The notes: generated by a model from the letters alone, not told the origin. Shown: positions 42,060 through 52,781, numbered from the whole stretch's first letter. The stretch: 63,993 bases of DNA, filler included, from 8 parts of 8 records of this genome joined end to end with filler, not necessarily neighbours in it, one strand, 5' to 3'. Program-made: numbers and translations.

Positions 42060-44091
42060 AAATGGATTTCTGACAGTTCTTTTCCTCCTGACCGTGCTGC
42101 TTGCCCCGGGTGCGCAGCAGACCGAAGCGACCGATTCGGTGAAGATCCGGGCGGACGAGGAGTTCCGCTGGGGTGTCGTCTCCTTTCATGAGGGGCTGTA
42201 CAACAAGGCCATCCTGTCCCTGGAAAAATCCCTCGCTCTCGATACGGACAACGACCTGACCCGGTTCTGGCTCGGCAGGAGCTACTATCAGTCGGGTTTT
42301 GAAGAGGCCGCCCTGAACGAATGGGACAACCTGATTGCCGCAGGAAATGCCGGCTCGGTTCTTATGAACTTTACGGAAACCGTCTCGGACCGCCGGGGAC
42401 TCTCCCGGGAACTGAAGTCCAGCGGCCGTCTTGTGGAACTGTACGAGATTCCGCGGGAGCAGGAGGGACTGATCTTCTACAACCGGCCCGTATCGGTGGC
42501 GGCTTCGCCCGACGGGGACGGCAGTTTCTATCTTCTTTCCTATCTGAACGGCGACCTTCTCAAGATCAGCACCACCGGCCGGATCAGTCATGTTCTGGCG
42601 GGAGGAGTGCTGGGATTCGACCGGCCCTTCGATCTGGATTTTCTGCCCGACGGGCAGCTGCTTGTCTCCGAATACGGCTCCGACCGGCTGTCGATCTGCA
42701 ACGGGGAAGGCTACCGGACCCTGACCATCGGCGGCACGGGGACCGAAGCCGGGAAGCTTCTGGGACCCCAGTATGTGGCCGTTTCGGATGACGGCTATAT
42801 CTATGTGTCGGAATGGGGAAACCGGCGGGTCAGCAAGTTCAACCTCCAGGGGGAGTTTATCCTCTCTTTCGGCAGGGCCCGGGCGGATTACGGCGGTCTG
42901 AAAGGACCGAGCGGCCTGGTTCTGAAAGACGGTCTGATATACGTCGCCGACTCGGCCAACCGAAGGGTGGACGTTTTCGATCAGAGCGGAAACTTTATCC
43001 GAACCCTGATCAGGGAGGGGCTGACTTCGCCGGAAGATCTCCTGTTCACCGGTGACGACTCCCTGCTGATTGCCGACGGAGGGCGTATCCTGGTCTACGA
43101 TCTGGCCAACGATGTCCTGTCGGTGGCGTCCGATCTGAGCGGAACCGGACTGAGAGTTCTCAGTATCTGCCAGGACGGCAACGGGAATATCGTTTCGGCG
43201 GATTTCGACGGGAATACCGTTTCGGTGATGACGGATATCACCACCCTGTATGCGGGACTCTTCCTCCGGATCAACCGTATCGCCACGGGCGAGTATCCGC
43301 TGGTTCATGTGGACTTTACGGTAGAGGACCGGTGGGGCAGGCCCGTGGTCGGGCTGGATCAGAGCAATTTCTTTCTGAGGGAGAACAACCGGACCATCGA
43401 GGGCTTTGATCTGAGTTATGCCGGGTACGATAACCATGATCTGAGCATTGCCGTTGTGGCTGACAAGAACCGCCTTCTGGAAGACCGGAAGGATCTGATA
43501 CGGGACGGTGTCCGCAGTCTCTTCCGGAATCTGCAGCCCGGTGATGATGCCTATCTTCTGGGGGCCATGGATGCGCCGCAGATCCTTGCGGAACCCTCGG
43601 ATGATTTTCTGCCGGCCCTGCAGAATCTGACCGCCGGCTGGTCGGATCAGCCGGATATTGCCGCGGGACTCCGTCTCGGAGCTTCCCAGCTGATCCCCGG
43701 AAGGAAGAGGAAGGTCCTGATTTTCCTGACCGACGGACGGATTCATCCCGATACCTTTGTCCGCTACGGACTGCAGGATATGGCTCAGTACCTGAAGAAT
43801 AACGGGATTCAGTTTTATCCTGTTTATCTGGATCCGGAATATCGGAACAGCGAACTCGACTACATTGCCCGTGAAACCGGCGGAGCGGGACAGTACCTCC
43901 TGCAGCCCCGGGGAATCCTGCCGGTTCTGGAAAAGGTCCGTTCGGCGGGGACCGGATTCTATACCCTCAGCTACAATTCCGGCGCGTACACGGATTTCGG
44001 ACGGGCCTATATCCCCCTCTCCCTGGAAGTGAATTATGTCCGCAAAAGCGGCCGGGACGAACTGGGATTTTTCGGACCTCTGGAATACTGA
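42046..44091 (+). CDS. Secreted TPR plus NHL beta-propeller plus vWA-like protein
   Basis: Signal peptide, TPR, NHL repeats (P..VAV...G.IYV.E..N.RV.KF) and IFLTDG. Confidence 0.85.
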   Translation: MKRYRNGFLTVLFLLTVLLAPGAQQTEATDSVKIRADEEFRWGVVSFHEGLYNKAILSLEKSLALDTDNDLTRFWLGRSYYQSGFEEAALNEWDNLIAAGNAGSVLMNFTETVSDRRGLSRELKSSGRLVELYEIPREQEGLIFYNRPVSVAASPDGDGSFYLLSYLNGDLLKISTTGRISHVLAGGVLGFDRPFDLDFLPDGQLLVSEYGSDRLSICNGEGYRTLTIGGTGTEAGKLLGPQYVAVSDDGYIYVSEWGNRRVSKFNLQGEFILSFGRARADYGGLKGPSGLVLKDGLIYVADSANRRVDVFDQSGNFIRTLIREGLTSPEDLLFTGDDSLLIADGGRILVYDLANDVLSVASDLSGTGLRVLSICQDGNGNIVSADFDGNTVSVMTDITTLYAGLFLRINRIATGEYPLVHVDFTVEDRWGRPVVGLDQSNFFLRENNRTIEGFDLSYAGYDNHDLSIAVVADKNRLLEDRKDLIRDGVRSLFRNLQPGDDAYLLGAMDAPQILAEPSDDFLPALQNLTAGWSDQPDIAAGLRLGASQLIPGRKRKVLIFLTDGRIHPDTFVRYGLQDMAQYLKNNGIQFYPVYLDPEYRNSELDYIARETGGAGQYLLQPRGILPVLEKVRSAGTGFYTLSYNSGAYTDFGRAYIPLSLEVNYVRKSGRDELGFFGPLEY

Positions 44092-44149
44092 TCCGACCGG
44101 GGCGGAGGTCTTCTAATAACCGGCACCCTTTGCTACAATAGGCGCATCT

Positions 44150-44473
44150 ATGGATCTCTTTAAAAAATGGAATGAAAAATGGGAAAGCCTCTGTAACCGG
44201 TGCGGTAAATGCTGCTATGAGAAGCACTATCTGCCCGGCGGGACTCTCATTACGGATTATGACAAACCCTGCCGTTTCCTGAATGAAGAATCCATGAGCT
44301 GCAACGTCTATGTGAACCGGTTCCGCGCCTGCAGGGAGTGCCGGAAGGTGACTCTGTGGACGGCTCTGTTCTCACCGGCCCTGCCGCCGGACTGCGGTTA
44401 TGTGACGAATGTCCGCAAACCGCTCTTCCGGTTCCGGCCTCTGCGAAGCCGGCGGACCCGTTACGACTCCTGA
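44150..44473 (+). CDS. YcgN-like cysteine-cluster (CxxCxxCC) protein
   Basis: WESLCNRCGKCC, C.FL...C..Y..RF...C and LP..CGY motifs. Confidence 0.85.
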   Translation: MDLFKKWNEKWESLCNRCGKCCYEKHYLPGGTLITDYDKPCRFLNEESMSCNVYVNRFRACRECRKVTLWTALFSPALPPDCGYVTNVRKPLFRFRPLRSRRTRYDS

Positions 44474-45077
44474 CCGGCGCTGACGGCGATCAGCCTCCAG
44501 CCCTCCCTGTTCTCCCTGAAGTAGAAGATGTGAGTCTCTCCCGGAAAGGAGAGGTTCTTTTTCATGATATCCTGTCCCTCCGGGGTCAGCCGGATGGTGA
44601 CGGTCCAGGTATTTCCCTCCGGCCGGATATAGAGGCGGTCGGTCTGATAGATCAGATTGGGATCCGTTTTGTCCAGGGGATACTGTTCAAAGGCTTTTTC
44701 CAGATAGATTTCGGCTTCCTGACGGGACACGCCCTGATCGAATCCGGGAAGATAGAGTCTGGAGGAGAGGAGGGACATGACAGTCTGACTGTTTTCCGTG
44801 AAGATTCCCCGCATGAGTTTGGAGAAGTAGTAGCGGACAGCTGAGGGCTCCCTGCCCCGGGGCCGCTGGGGAACGGCGGCGGCCACGGCCGGTGCGTCCG
44901 CGGCGGGGGGCGGATTCGGCGGACAGGCGGTTCGCCTCGATTTCAGGAAAAATTTCCAGTGCCATTTCCCGGAATACCTTCGCTTTTTCCGGATCTCCCA
45001 TTTTTTCATACTGTTCCGATACCGACAGATAGGCGTCGGCAATCATCAGACGTTCTTCTTCCCGGTAGGAGTCGTAG
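44461..45077 (-). CDS. Hypothetical protein (5' truncated, frameshifted)
   Basis: TPR-like helix in ORF 44687-45046 continues into ORF 44461-45042 (C-terminus ..GWRLIAV). Confidence 0.55.
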
Positions 45078-45177
45078 NNNNNNNNNNNNNNNNNNNNNNN
45101 NNNNNNNNNNNNNNNNNNNNNTTAATTAATTAANNNNNNNNNNNNNNNNNNNNNNNNNNNNNNNNNNNNNNNNNNNN
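45078..45177. other. Artificial contig spacer
   Basis: N run with TTAATTAATTAA. Confidence 0.98.
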
Positions 45178-45811
45178 CCCCGCCTACACCGAGTACCTGG
45201 ACCGCATTCGCAAGCGTGTGAACGCCGGCCCGGCGCCCAGGAAGGACTATACCCGTTTCGGCCCGACGATAACCGAGCTTAACCACGCCATCGTCGATGA
45301 GAAAAAGATACACCTGACCTACTTTACCATGGGGCGACAAAAAGAAAGCCGACGCACGGTGCATCCCTACCAGTTTCGCCATGTGGAAGACACCCTCTAT
45401 TTGATCGGCTATTGCGCCCTGCGCAAAGGGGTGCGGACATTTGCCGTGGACCGCATCAAATCGGTGACCCTGACCGATGAAACCTTTCAGGTACCTGAGG
45501 GCTTTGATATGCAAGGGTTTCTGCAAGACAGTTTCGGGATTTACCAAGGGCCGCCGGTAAAAGTGAAAATCCGTTTTTTGGACTCGGTGGCCGGCTATGT
45601 TCGCGAACGGATCTGGCACCCCAGTCAGCAATTATCGTATCAGGAGGACGGCTCCGTCATTTTCACCGCGACGGTTGCCGGTATAGAAGAGATCAGCCAC
45701 TGGGTGCTGCGCTGGGGGGCCGGTGCCCAGGTGCTGGCGCCGGATGATCTGCGCCAAACGGTCAGCCGGCATGCGTCAGCGATGGCGGCCTTCTATCAAC
45801 AAGACCCGTAA
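45178..45811 (+). CDS. WYL/WCX domain transcriptional regulator (5' truncated)
   Basis: R.VHPY, LYLIGYC..R..RTF.VDRI, WHPSQ and WVL.WG...V..P..LR motifs. Confidence 0.92.
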
Positions 45812-45840
45812 TTCGATGCACCGGCAGAGTGGAGAAAACC

Positions 45841-46632
45841 ATGCAGGACCTAAACGTCGCCCTGATTCAAGCAAGGCAGGTGTGGGAGGACACGGAGGCC
45901 AATTTAAATCGTTTCCAGCGAAAAATCGATCAGATAGAAGCCGGTACGCATCTGATCGTCCTGCCCGAGATGTTCACCACTGGATTCACCATGCATCCCC
46001 GGCATCTGGCCCAATCCATGGACGGTCCCGTTATTGCGTGGATGAGGGCGCGGTCCCGAGAAACGCGCTCAGATATCACAGGCAGCTTAATCATCGAGGA
46101 AAAAGGTTGCTATTACAATCGTCTGGTCTGGGTTAAGCCAGATGGCAGGTTGCACTGGTATGACAAGCGCCACTTGTTCCGCCATGCCGGCGAGCAGAAG
46201 GTGTATTCCCCCGGTCGGCAGCACCTGCTGGTGGAGTGCCACGGCTGGCAAATCCGCCCGTTCATCTGCTATGATTTACGGTTTCCCATATGGATCCGCA
46301 ACCTCGACCTTATTTATGACGCCGCCCTTTTTGTGGCCAACTGGCCGCAGCGTCGCGCACCGCACTGGAAGGCCCTTTTAACGGCCAGGGCCATCGAAAA
46401 TCAATGCTATGTGGCCGGCGTCAACCGTGTGGGTGTTGACGGCAATGGGTATCGCCATAGCGGCGACAGTCGTATCATCGACCCGCAGGGGCGAGTGGTT
46501 GCCGGGGAGAGCGATGTGGAAGGAATCATTACCGGTATTTTCTCAGCAGACGTGCTTCAAGCGTATCGCAAACAATTTCCAGCCTGGATGGATGCCGACA
46601 AGGCGTTGATCACGAAACAACAGCGGCTATAA
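45841..46632 (+). CDS. Nitrilase-family omega-amidase (YafV-like)
   Basis: LPEMFTTGF, YDKRHLF, ICYDLRFP and ARAIENQ motifs. Confidence 0.92.
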   Translation: MQDLNVALIQARQVWEDTEANLNRFQRKIDQIEAGTHLIVLPEMFTTGFTMHPRHLAQSMDGPVIAWMRARSRETRSDITGSLIIEEKGCYYNRLVWVKPDGRLHWYDKRHLFRHAGEQKVYSPGRQHLLVECHGWQIRPFICYDLRFPIWIRNLDLIYDAALFVANWPQRRAPHWKALLTARAIENQCYVAGVNRVGVDGNGYRHSGDSRIIDPQGRVVAGESDVEGIITGIFSADVLQAYRKQFPAWMDADKALITKQQRL

Positions 46633-46680
46633 CGGTACGGATAAACCATTCACGTGAAGGCCGCCTTTTCCTGTTTTAAG

Positions 46681-47217
46681 TTAGCGAAACAGGTACTGCC
46701 CCAACTTGCCATAGTGATCGGTGTTAGTAAAGGTCAACCCGATGATGTTGGTCTGGATACGCCGGACGGTCCCCGTCTCGCGAATTTGGGAATGGTCTTC
46801 ATCGTCCAGCGTGAACTCGACGATCAGCTTATCCCCGACCTTGAAATCGGGAATACTGCTGACCGAAAACCGGATACCGGACTGGGAAATGTCTTGTACC
46901 TTGATCAACCCCTTAGCAGGGCGATCCTGGTTGCCCTCAAAGAAAAACCTGCCAACCAAGTTGACCGGTTTTCGAAAATGGCGGCGACGTTCGACCAATA
47001 CTCGATAGACGTTTCCGCAGCTACACTTGCATTTGAGCCGAACGGCCGAGGGCGCCTCTAAAAACTCACCCAAGTCTCTGATAACCCCTTTATCGCATGC
47101 CGGACAGATGAACGAGGCTTCACCGCGATCATTGACAAACACCCGATGGTGCTTTTTACCCGTCGTTGGTTTTGCCGACGGGTTAGTCGTGATGGTGTTC
47201 TTGTTATCCTTTGCCAT
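46681..47217 (-). CDS. Zn-ribbon plus PilZ domain protein
   Basis: CPAC..CKCSCG followed by PilZ motifs RRHFR and DISQSG. Confidence 0.85.
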   Translation of the reverse strand: MAKDNKNTITTNPSAKPTTGKKHHRVFVNDRGEASFICPACDKGVIRDLGEFLEAPSAVRLKCKCSCGNVYRVLVERRRHFRKPVNLVGRFFFEGNQDRPAKGLIKVQDISQSGIRFSVSSIPDFKVGDKLIVEFTLDDEDHSQIRETGTVRRIQTNIIGLTFTNTDHYGKLGQYLFR

Positions 47218-47355
47218 GCCCCCCACCCCGTTCTTTTCATCGGCCCGTTTATCACTGATATCTATTCAGAAATTATATAAGCAGCAAAGAGGATGTATCG
47301 TCGTAATAAACACACGACCGCAAAAGCGAGTCACCCCTTCTTTTTAGGTCACAAT

Positions 47356-48080
47356 CTATTGCCCGCCACCTTCATATCCGGTGTCGGGCAAAAGGTTCCG
47401 TTCGGCGGCGGCCTGGGTGGCCAACTGATCGCAACGCTCGTTACCGGTATTACCGGCGTGCCCTTTGACCCAAATGAAACAGACATCATGCCGGTCGCAA
47501 AGGATCAGCAGGCGCTCCCAAAGATCGATGTTCAACGCCGATTGACCGTTACTCTTACGCCAGCCGTTACGTTGCCATTTTTTGGCCCACCCCTTGGTTA
47601 TGCCGTCCACTACGTAGCGCGAGTCGCTATAGAGCGTCACGGAGGAAGGCGTCTTGAGCTGCTCCAATCCCACGATACAGGCCAGCAGTTCCATACGGTT
47701 GTTGGTGGTTTTCCGGAAACCACCGGAAAATTCTCGCACGCCATTATCTGCGGGGATGACCACCCCGTAGCCTCCGGGGCCCGGGTTTCCCAAGCTGGAG
47801 CCGTCCGTGTAGATTATCACGCGATCGGAACAATCGACCACTGTTGGTGCGGCCGGTGTGGCTTTCGAACGTTTGATGGGCTTTTTTTCTTTGGGCCGGC
47901 ACTGTTTTCCGATGAATGCTCGCGAATAAAGGAACGGGCATCCTCAATGGAGGCGAAGCCTTTGTAGCGTGCGCCTTGAAAGCCATCAATCTGGGCATGG
48001 GCACCGGTTTTCCCGAACCACTGGGTATAGATGCCCGGCTGCCTGCCGATGGCAACGGCATAGTATTTTTTGACCGCCAT
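47356..48080 (-). CDS. rnhA: Ribonuclease HI with N-terminal viroplasmin (hybrid-binding) domain (frameshift near 47885)
   Basis: YYAV..GR.PGIY..W...GF.GA.YKGF, then [13 protein letters not shown] and [12 protein letters not shown]. Confidence 0.9.
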
Positions 48081-48674
48081 GGGTATTGGATCATCCTTGC
48101 CGGCAAACGCGAGGTCCGAAAAGCCGGTCTGGGACGTCTCCCGATCCTTCATCCACGCATGCCTGTTAATTTTTATTGAAGAGGTCTTATAGGCAAAAGC
48201 GTATGCCATGGCAATACGTTTTTTACAATCGGTTGCCCTAATCGTGAAGAGCCAGAGAACGATCCGGGTGGTGGGATCACTCAAGGCTGCCCAGCATTAA
48301 TATCGAGATCAAACGCTAATCTGCCGTTGAATAGGTAATTGTAAAGTGGAGACACGATCATAGCATTCCGGCCAGCGGTATGCGAATAAGGATAGGTCAG
48401 TTCTCAACGGTTCGTTTTATGATCAATGATGTACCAACCATAGTAAGGCCGCGCAAGAGTGGGATTGCATGAGACATCATCGACCACGCCAATCTATAGA
48501 CTATCATGGTGGCGCTCGGCAAGCAATGCGGCGCAAAAAACAGTCCACCCAGCCGATGGGGTCGCACTCCACTGGTCACCAACCACAGTTAGTGCCACAT
48601 CGCGGTCAAGACAGCCCGGATTCGGTCAAAACGAAGCGGGAACGCCTGCCACGTTGTGCCTGATGCCACTTCCA

Positions 48675-50229
48675 TCAGGCTGCAATCTGCGGTGAAGGCA
48701 CATTATCCGATTGCGACCGGCCATTGTTCAACGGACGATCAAGTGCGCGCCTGTAAAGGTCCATGGTCTGCCTGGCCGTTTCATCGGGGTCAAGACGCGT
48801 CAGGCTCTCTGCCATGATCCGCTGTACCTGGGAGGCGCGCCACTGAGGCGGCTGCGCATAAAAGGCCATGGCCTGATCGATGGCCCAGAGAAAGCCGGTG
48901 CCATCGAAATGGTTGAACAAAAATCCCGAACCATGATTGGCCTTTGCATCCAAGGGGTCGACGCAATCGTGAATAGCGCCCGCATCAAAGCCGATGGGCA
49001 GGGTCCCGTAGCGCTGTGCAATTCTGCAGGGCAGCGCACAGGGATCGAGGGACAAGGGCATGAACACGAAATCAGCACCGGCATAGGCCAGCCGGTAACG
49101 CCGAGCATCAAAATCGGATACCGCCACCCGGTCATGGGCCTGCAGCCGATGGATCAGCACGCGTAGCTGATCCTGGCAATCGCCCTCGGCCACGAACACC
49201 ACCTGCAGGCGCTGATCTCGGTAGCGGTCTAGAATCGTTCCCAGTGTGTCGGCCATGAGACGCCATCCAGAACGCGCCCCTTCCAGTCGGGTGGGCCAGA
49301 AACAAACCGGTGTGGTCGAGGCCATGGGCAGTCCCATGACCTCCTGGAGGTACAATTTATTGTACAGCTTGCCGATGGCGTGGGAATCCGGCCCATAGGA
49401 TCGCATCAACGCCGGATCCGTGGCCGGGTTGAAGGATGGGGCCGGCGCCGGGGCAATGACCGCAAGTGTCTCTGCGCACCGTTTGTTACGCAGCTCGGCC
49501 GAGAGCATGGGGGAGGCTGGATGCCCCTGCCCATCGACCAACGTATTCAAGAAGGTCGGACTAAAAATGGTGGCCAGGTCGGCGGCAAACACCCCTGTAG
49601 TCAACAGGTCCACTGGATTGTTGTTCCTTGTCTCCTCGTAATTGACTGGCATGCGGGAATAAAAACAATGTTGCCAGAAGGCGGCGGCATCAATCCCCCT
49701 TTCTTCGATGGCCGACAACAGCAGCCAGGGTGAGTCAAGCCGGTACAATGTAAAGATGCAGGGAATCCCCATACGGCGGGCCATGGCCGGTATCAAGCCT
49801 GTCATCCAGTCATAACAGTGAATCAGATCCGGTTGAACTTCCGGGATGATCAGGTTGATCACCTCGCGTTGAAATGCCAGAGCCGTACGGATAGTCTCCC
49901 AGTCTGTCGATAAAAACAATTTCGGATGGTAATAAAAAGAGCGGTCCTCGGCCAGGTGAATGCGGCTCTCGGGCAATTCCCGCATCCGGTTGCGCAGATC
50001 GATACCCGGCATGCGCCGGGCATTATTTTTAAAGACGTTGCGGTAGTCGGGCATTGCCAGGTGAACATCGACGCCGGCCTCGCACAAGGTATGAATCTGG
50101 GCCGTGCAGACGTCACCCAGCCCGCCGGCCCTTGCGGAGATCGACCGCCCCTGGCCCCATGCCGGCGGGGACGACGGTGACTTCGGGTGTCACCACCAGA
50201 ACACGAGGGTTTTTCCCCTGGTTATTCAT
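48675..50229 (-). CDS. glgA: Glycogen synthase-like GT5 glycosyltransferase, divergent (frameshift near 50148)
   Basis: RVLVVTPE, AGGLGDV, PDLIHC.DW.TG, AYAGADF.FMP and YGT.P motifs. Confidence 0.8.
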
Positions 50230-50431
50230 GATTGCCTCCTTTGTTCACATTCTGGGGAAGTCAGTTACCATCTATCCCTGAATAGGGTAAACTTTCGATA
50301 TTGGATGCAATTAAATCAGTATTGCCAGAGAGGATGAGGGGCGGCACGGCACAACTATCTGCCTGGAAAAACAAACTGGAAAAGGGAGTTGTTGATCGAC
50401 GATTACCTGGATAATCGCAAAAAAACTCGTA

Positions 50432-50776
50432 TCAGTCAATATATCTCACTCCCATCCCATAGCAAGATTCGTCCACATCCGTTAAATCCTGCCCCCATTT
50501 GATTTCACATAGGCAGATGGAACGCGGTTTTTCATCGTTGTCCGCAGACGCCGGCGTCGCCGGGCGGCTGACCGTGCGGACGACAAGGATAGTGCCGGAT
50601 TTAAATTCCCGATCGGTTTCGATATAAGATCCCTGGCTGGAAAAATTGCGCATCACCCCTTTAGCCGAACGCACGTTTCCGGTGCTGGCATAGGGCCGGC
50701 AGATGACCGTCACCTCGGTGGAAATGCGCCCATCGTTTCTCGAGTCAGCGTGGCGCTTCTTTTTTATTCTGTTCAT
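50432..50776 (-). CDS. Stand-alone PilZ domain protein
   Basis: RNDGR (RxxxR), NFSSQG and C-terminal W...YGMGVRY. Confidence 0.82.
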   Translation of the reverse strand: MNRIKKKRHADSRNDGRISTEVTVICRPYASTGNVRSAKGVMRNFSSQGSYIETDREFKSGTILVVRTVSRPATPASADNDEKPRSICLCEIKWGQDLTDVDESCYGMGVRYID

Positions 50777-50836
50777 GAAAACACCTTTTCTTTTTAATGC
50801 CTTACGAACGGTTTTGTCTTTTTCAAACCATGACTC

Positions 50837-50852
50837 AGCAAAAGATATACCA
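50837..50852 (-). promoter_or_regulatory. Sigma54 promoter of the PilZ gene
   Basis: Minus strand reads TGGTAT-ATCTT-TTGCT. Confidence 0.7.
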
Positions 50853-50927
50853 AGGCCCCTGCAGTCTGTATCATCATCATTTCACACAAATATCCGGACA
50901 ATTAGGAAAACAGTTCTGCCCGTTGGG

Positions 50928-50944
50928 TGTTCGTTTTTTTTACA
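50928..50944. promoter_or_regulatory. Enhancer-binding site TGT-N11-ACA
   Basis: TGTTCGTTTTTTTTACA, about 75 nt upstream of the sigma54 promoter. Confidence 0.55.
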
Positions 50945-51189
50945 GGTTGGAAAATGTGGAACCTGTCAACCGTGGTAACGCAGCGGTTCCATCACATGGA
51001 AAGCATATTATTAATGACGTCAGCTCTTCTTAAAGGTTGTATGCCTTGCCCCCCTGACCGTCCGTTTCAATGGTGAATGGCCATAAACATGAATGGCGGA
51101 ATAAGTTGCGATCCCTACCCACCGAAAAAGCAACTTTTTTTTAACCTTTCCCTTCCGAAGGGCATTGTACCGCTGACGGGAACTGGTAT

Positions 51190-51399
51190 ATGGTTAAGGT
51201 AGAGCGGAAAACCAAAGATATTGACGATAAACTGCGGGTGCTACTTCCCCGGCTCACCCTGAAAAAGGAATGTTCCTCTCTGGATCACAAGATCCGCGCC
51301 GAAAGCCTCGAGGAGATGGGCAAGACCTTCGATCTGGCCCTTTTACCAGAGCAAACCAAACCCACTATCGCCAACAACCCAAAGCGAGTCACGGGATAA
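51190..51399 (+). CDS. Small hypothetical protein
   Basis: 69-aa ORF ending 5 nt before the next gene; no recognisable motif. Confidence 0.3.
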   Translation: MVKVERKTKDIDDKLRVLLPRLTLKKECSSLDHKIRAESLEEMGKTFDLALLPEQTKPTIANNPKRVTG

Positions 51400-51404
51400 C
51401 GCTC

Positions 51405-51671
51405 ATGCCGGAAAACCATCAAAAAGCCATCCTCACCGCCATGATGAGTCCCGGATTTTACCCTCATCGGGTGGACACCATCACCCGTCTCGAGACCCAT
51501 ATCTCGACCGTTTTTCTAACCGGGCCTTATGTGTACAAGGTAAAAAAACCGGTCAATCTGGGTTTCTTGGATTTTACCAGCCTCGATAAACGCGCTCACT
51601 ATTGTCGGCAGGAGGTCGCTCTCAACCGCCGTCTGTCAAGCGGGGTTTACCTGGATGTGTTGCCCATCGCC
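51405..51671 (+). CDS. Aminoglycoside-phosphotransferase-like/AAA kinase, N-terminal fragment
   Basis: YPH...ETHIS.VFLTG..YKVKKPV.LGFLDF...R...C..E..LNRRL motif. Confidence 0.88.
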
Positions 51672-51771
51672 NNNNNNNNNNNNNNNNNNNNNNNNNNNNN
51701 NNNNNNNNNNNNNNNTTAATTAATTAANNNNNNNNNNNNNNNNNNNNNNNNNNNNNNNNNNNNNNNNNNNN
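51672..51771. other. Artificial contig spacer
   Basis: N run with TTAATTAATTAA. Confidence 0.98.
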
Positions 51772-52038
51772 TGCTTGACGGCAGCACACAAGGGCTGCCG
51801 GGGGCGACAAAAAACGCCCGGATTGATGCTATCGATATTCATTGAATAAATCCGACGGAGAGCGGCGCTGCTCGAAGGCCCGGGGCCGGATCATGAGGCC
51901 CCGGGTAAATGGGATGAACAGTGGATCGGGACTCATAAACCGAACTGCAGATATTGTGCAATCCGGTTTTTTGGGGTCTGACTTGTCAGGTATGATGTTT
52001 CACCTGCCTGAATGATTGGGCTCGTCCAATGGAAAGTC

Positions 52039-52055
52039 TGTCGATAAAATTTACA
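52039..52055 (+). promoter_or_regulatory. PEP-CTERM (PrsR-type) enhancer box
   Basis: TGTCGATAAAATTTACA (TGT-N11-ACA) upstream of a sigma54 promoter and a PEP-CTERM gene. Confidence 0.7.
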
Positions 52056-52103
52056 TGGGAAACCCTGTCTTTTGTTTACTAATAAAATCAACAATATACA
52101 CAT

Positions 52104-52119
52104 TGGAATGTTAATTGCT
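52104..52119 (+). promoter_or_regulatory. Sigma54 promoter
   Basis: TGGAAT-GTTAA-TTGCT. Confidence 0.8.
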
Positions 52120-52172
52120 TATAGAATTGGTAGGAAATGGTTAGGTTGAATAAACGTCTGAAGGAGGTGCTC

Positions 52173-52781
52173 ATGATGTTTAAAAAGAGATTGTCAATTG
52201 GTATCGCCACTCTTCTTGTCCTTCTGTTTTGTTCATTAGCCCAGGCACTGACGTTTTCCGTCAGTGACGTTCATTTCACAGATGTTATAGGTGATGATGA
52301 AGTCTTCAGATGGCGGCTCGCTACAAAAGATGATTTTTCTTTCACACTCGATGTGGGAGATGCTCGCACTTTTACATATGGATGGTTTCGCACAAACGAT
52401 TTCCCAATCAGCTCAGGTGAGGATGCTGATAACGATGACAGCTTTACCTCCAACTTTACGATTGCGCCGCCTGGTGTAGATTTCATGGTGACCGGCACGC
52501 CTGATGCCGTTCAGACTACCGCTAATAACGACGCAGATGGTGATTACGCGATTATAAATTTTGACAACTTAAGCTGGCAGCAGGTTGCTTTTGGGGATGG
52601 AGGTCTTTACAGTTTCCGATTTTTAAGTACCAGGCCAGATAACCTTGAAGATGACGGCTCTTTCAGGTTAAGAGCGCGTGTCAGATATGATGTTGCTCCG
52701 GTTCCTGAGCCAGGGACACTTCTATTGCTGGGAGCAGGTTTGGCGGGTTTAGCTGTTGTCAGAAGAAAACAGCGCAAATAA
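52173..52781 (+). CDS. PEP-CTERM sorting domain protein
   Basis: AAGGAGG ribosome-binding site, signal peptide (AQA) and C-terminal VPEPGTLLLLGAGLAGLAVVRRK. Confidence 0.95.
   Translation: MMFKKRLSIGIATLLVLLFCSLAQALTFSVSDVHFTDVIGDDEVFRWRLATKDDFSFTLDVGDARTFTYGWFRTNDFPISSGEDADNDDSFTSNFTIAPPGVDFMVTGTPDAVQTTANNDADGDYAIINFDNLSWQQVAFGDGGLYSFRFLSTRPDNLEDDGSFRLRARVRYDVAPVPEPGTLLLLGAGLAGLAVVRRKQRK

Noticed and set aside
42037-43746. 569-aa minus-strand ORF and other long antisense ORFs in GC-rich contigs
   Set aside because: Shadow ORFs opposite well-supported genes, with no motifs.
47860-47900. Programmed -1 frameshift in rnhA
   Set aside because: The A-run is not in a canonical slippery phase, and identical homopolymer errors are common in this dataset.
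51879-51905. CCCGGGGCC/GGCCCCGGG hairpin near the contig start
   Set aside because: Single copy with no context; cannot distinguish a terminator from a REP-like element.
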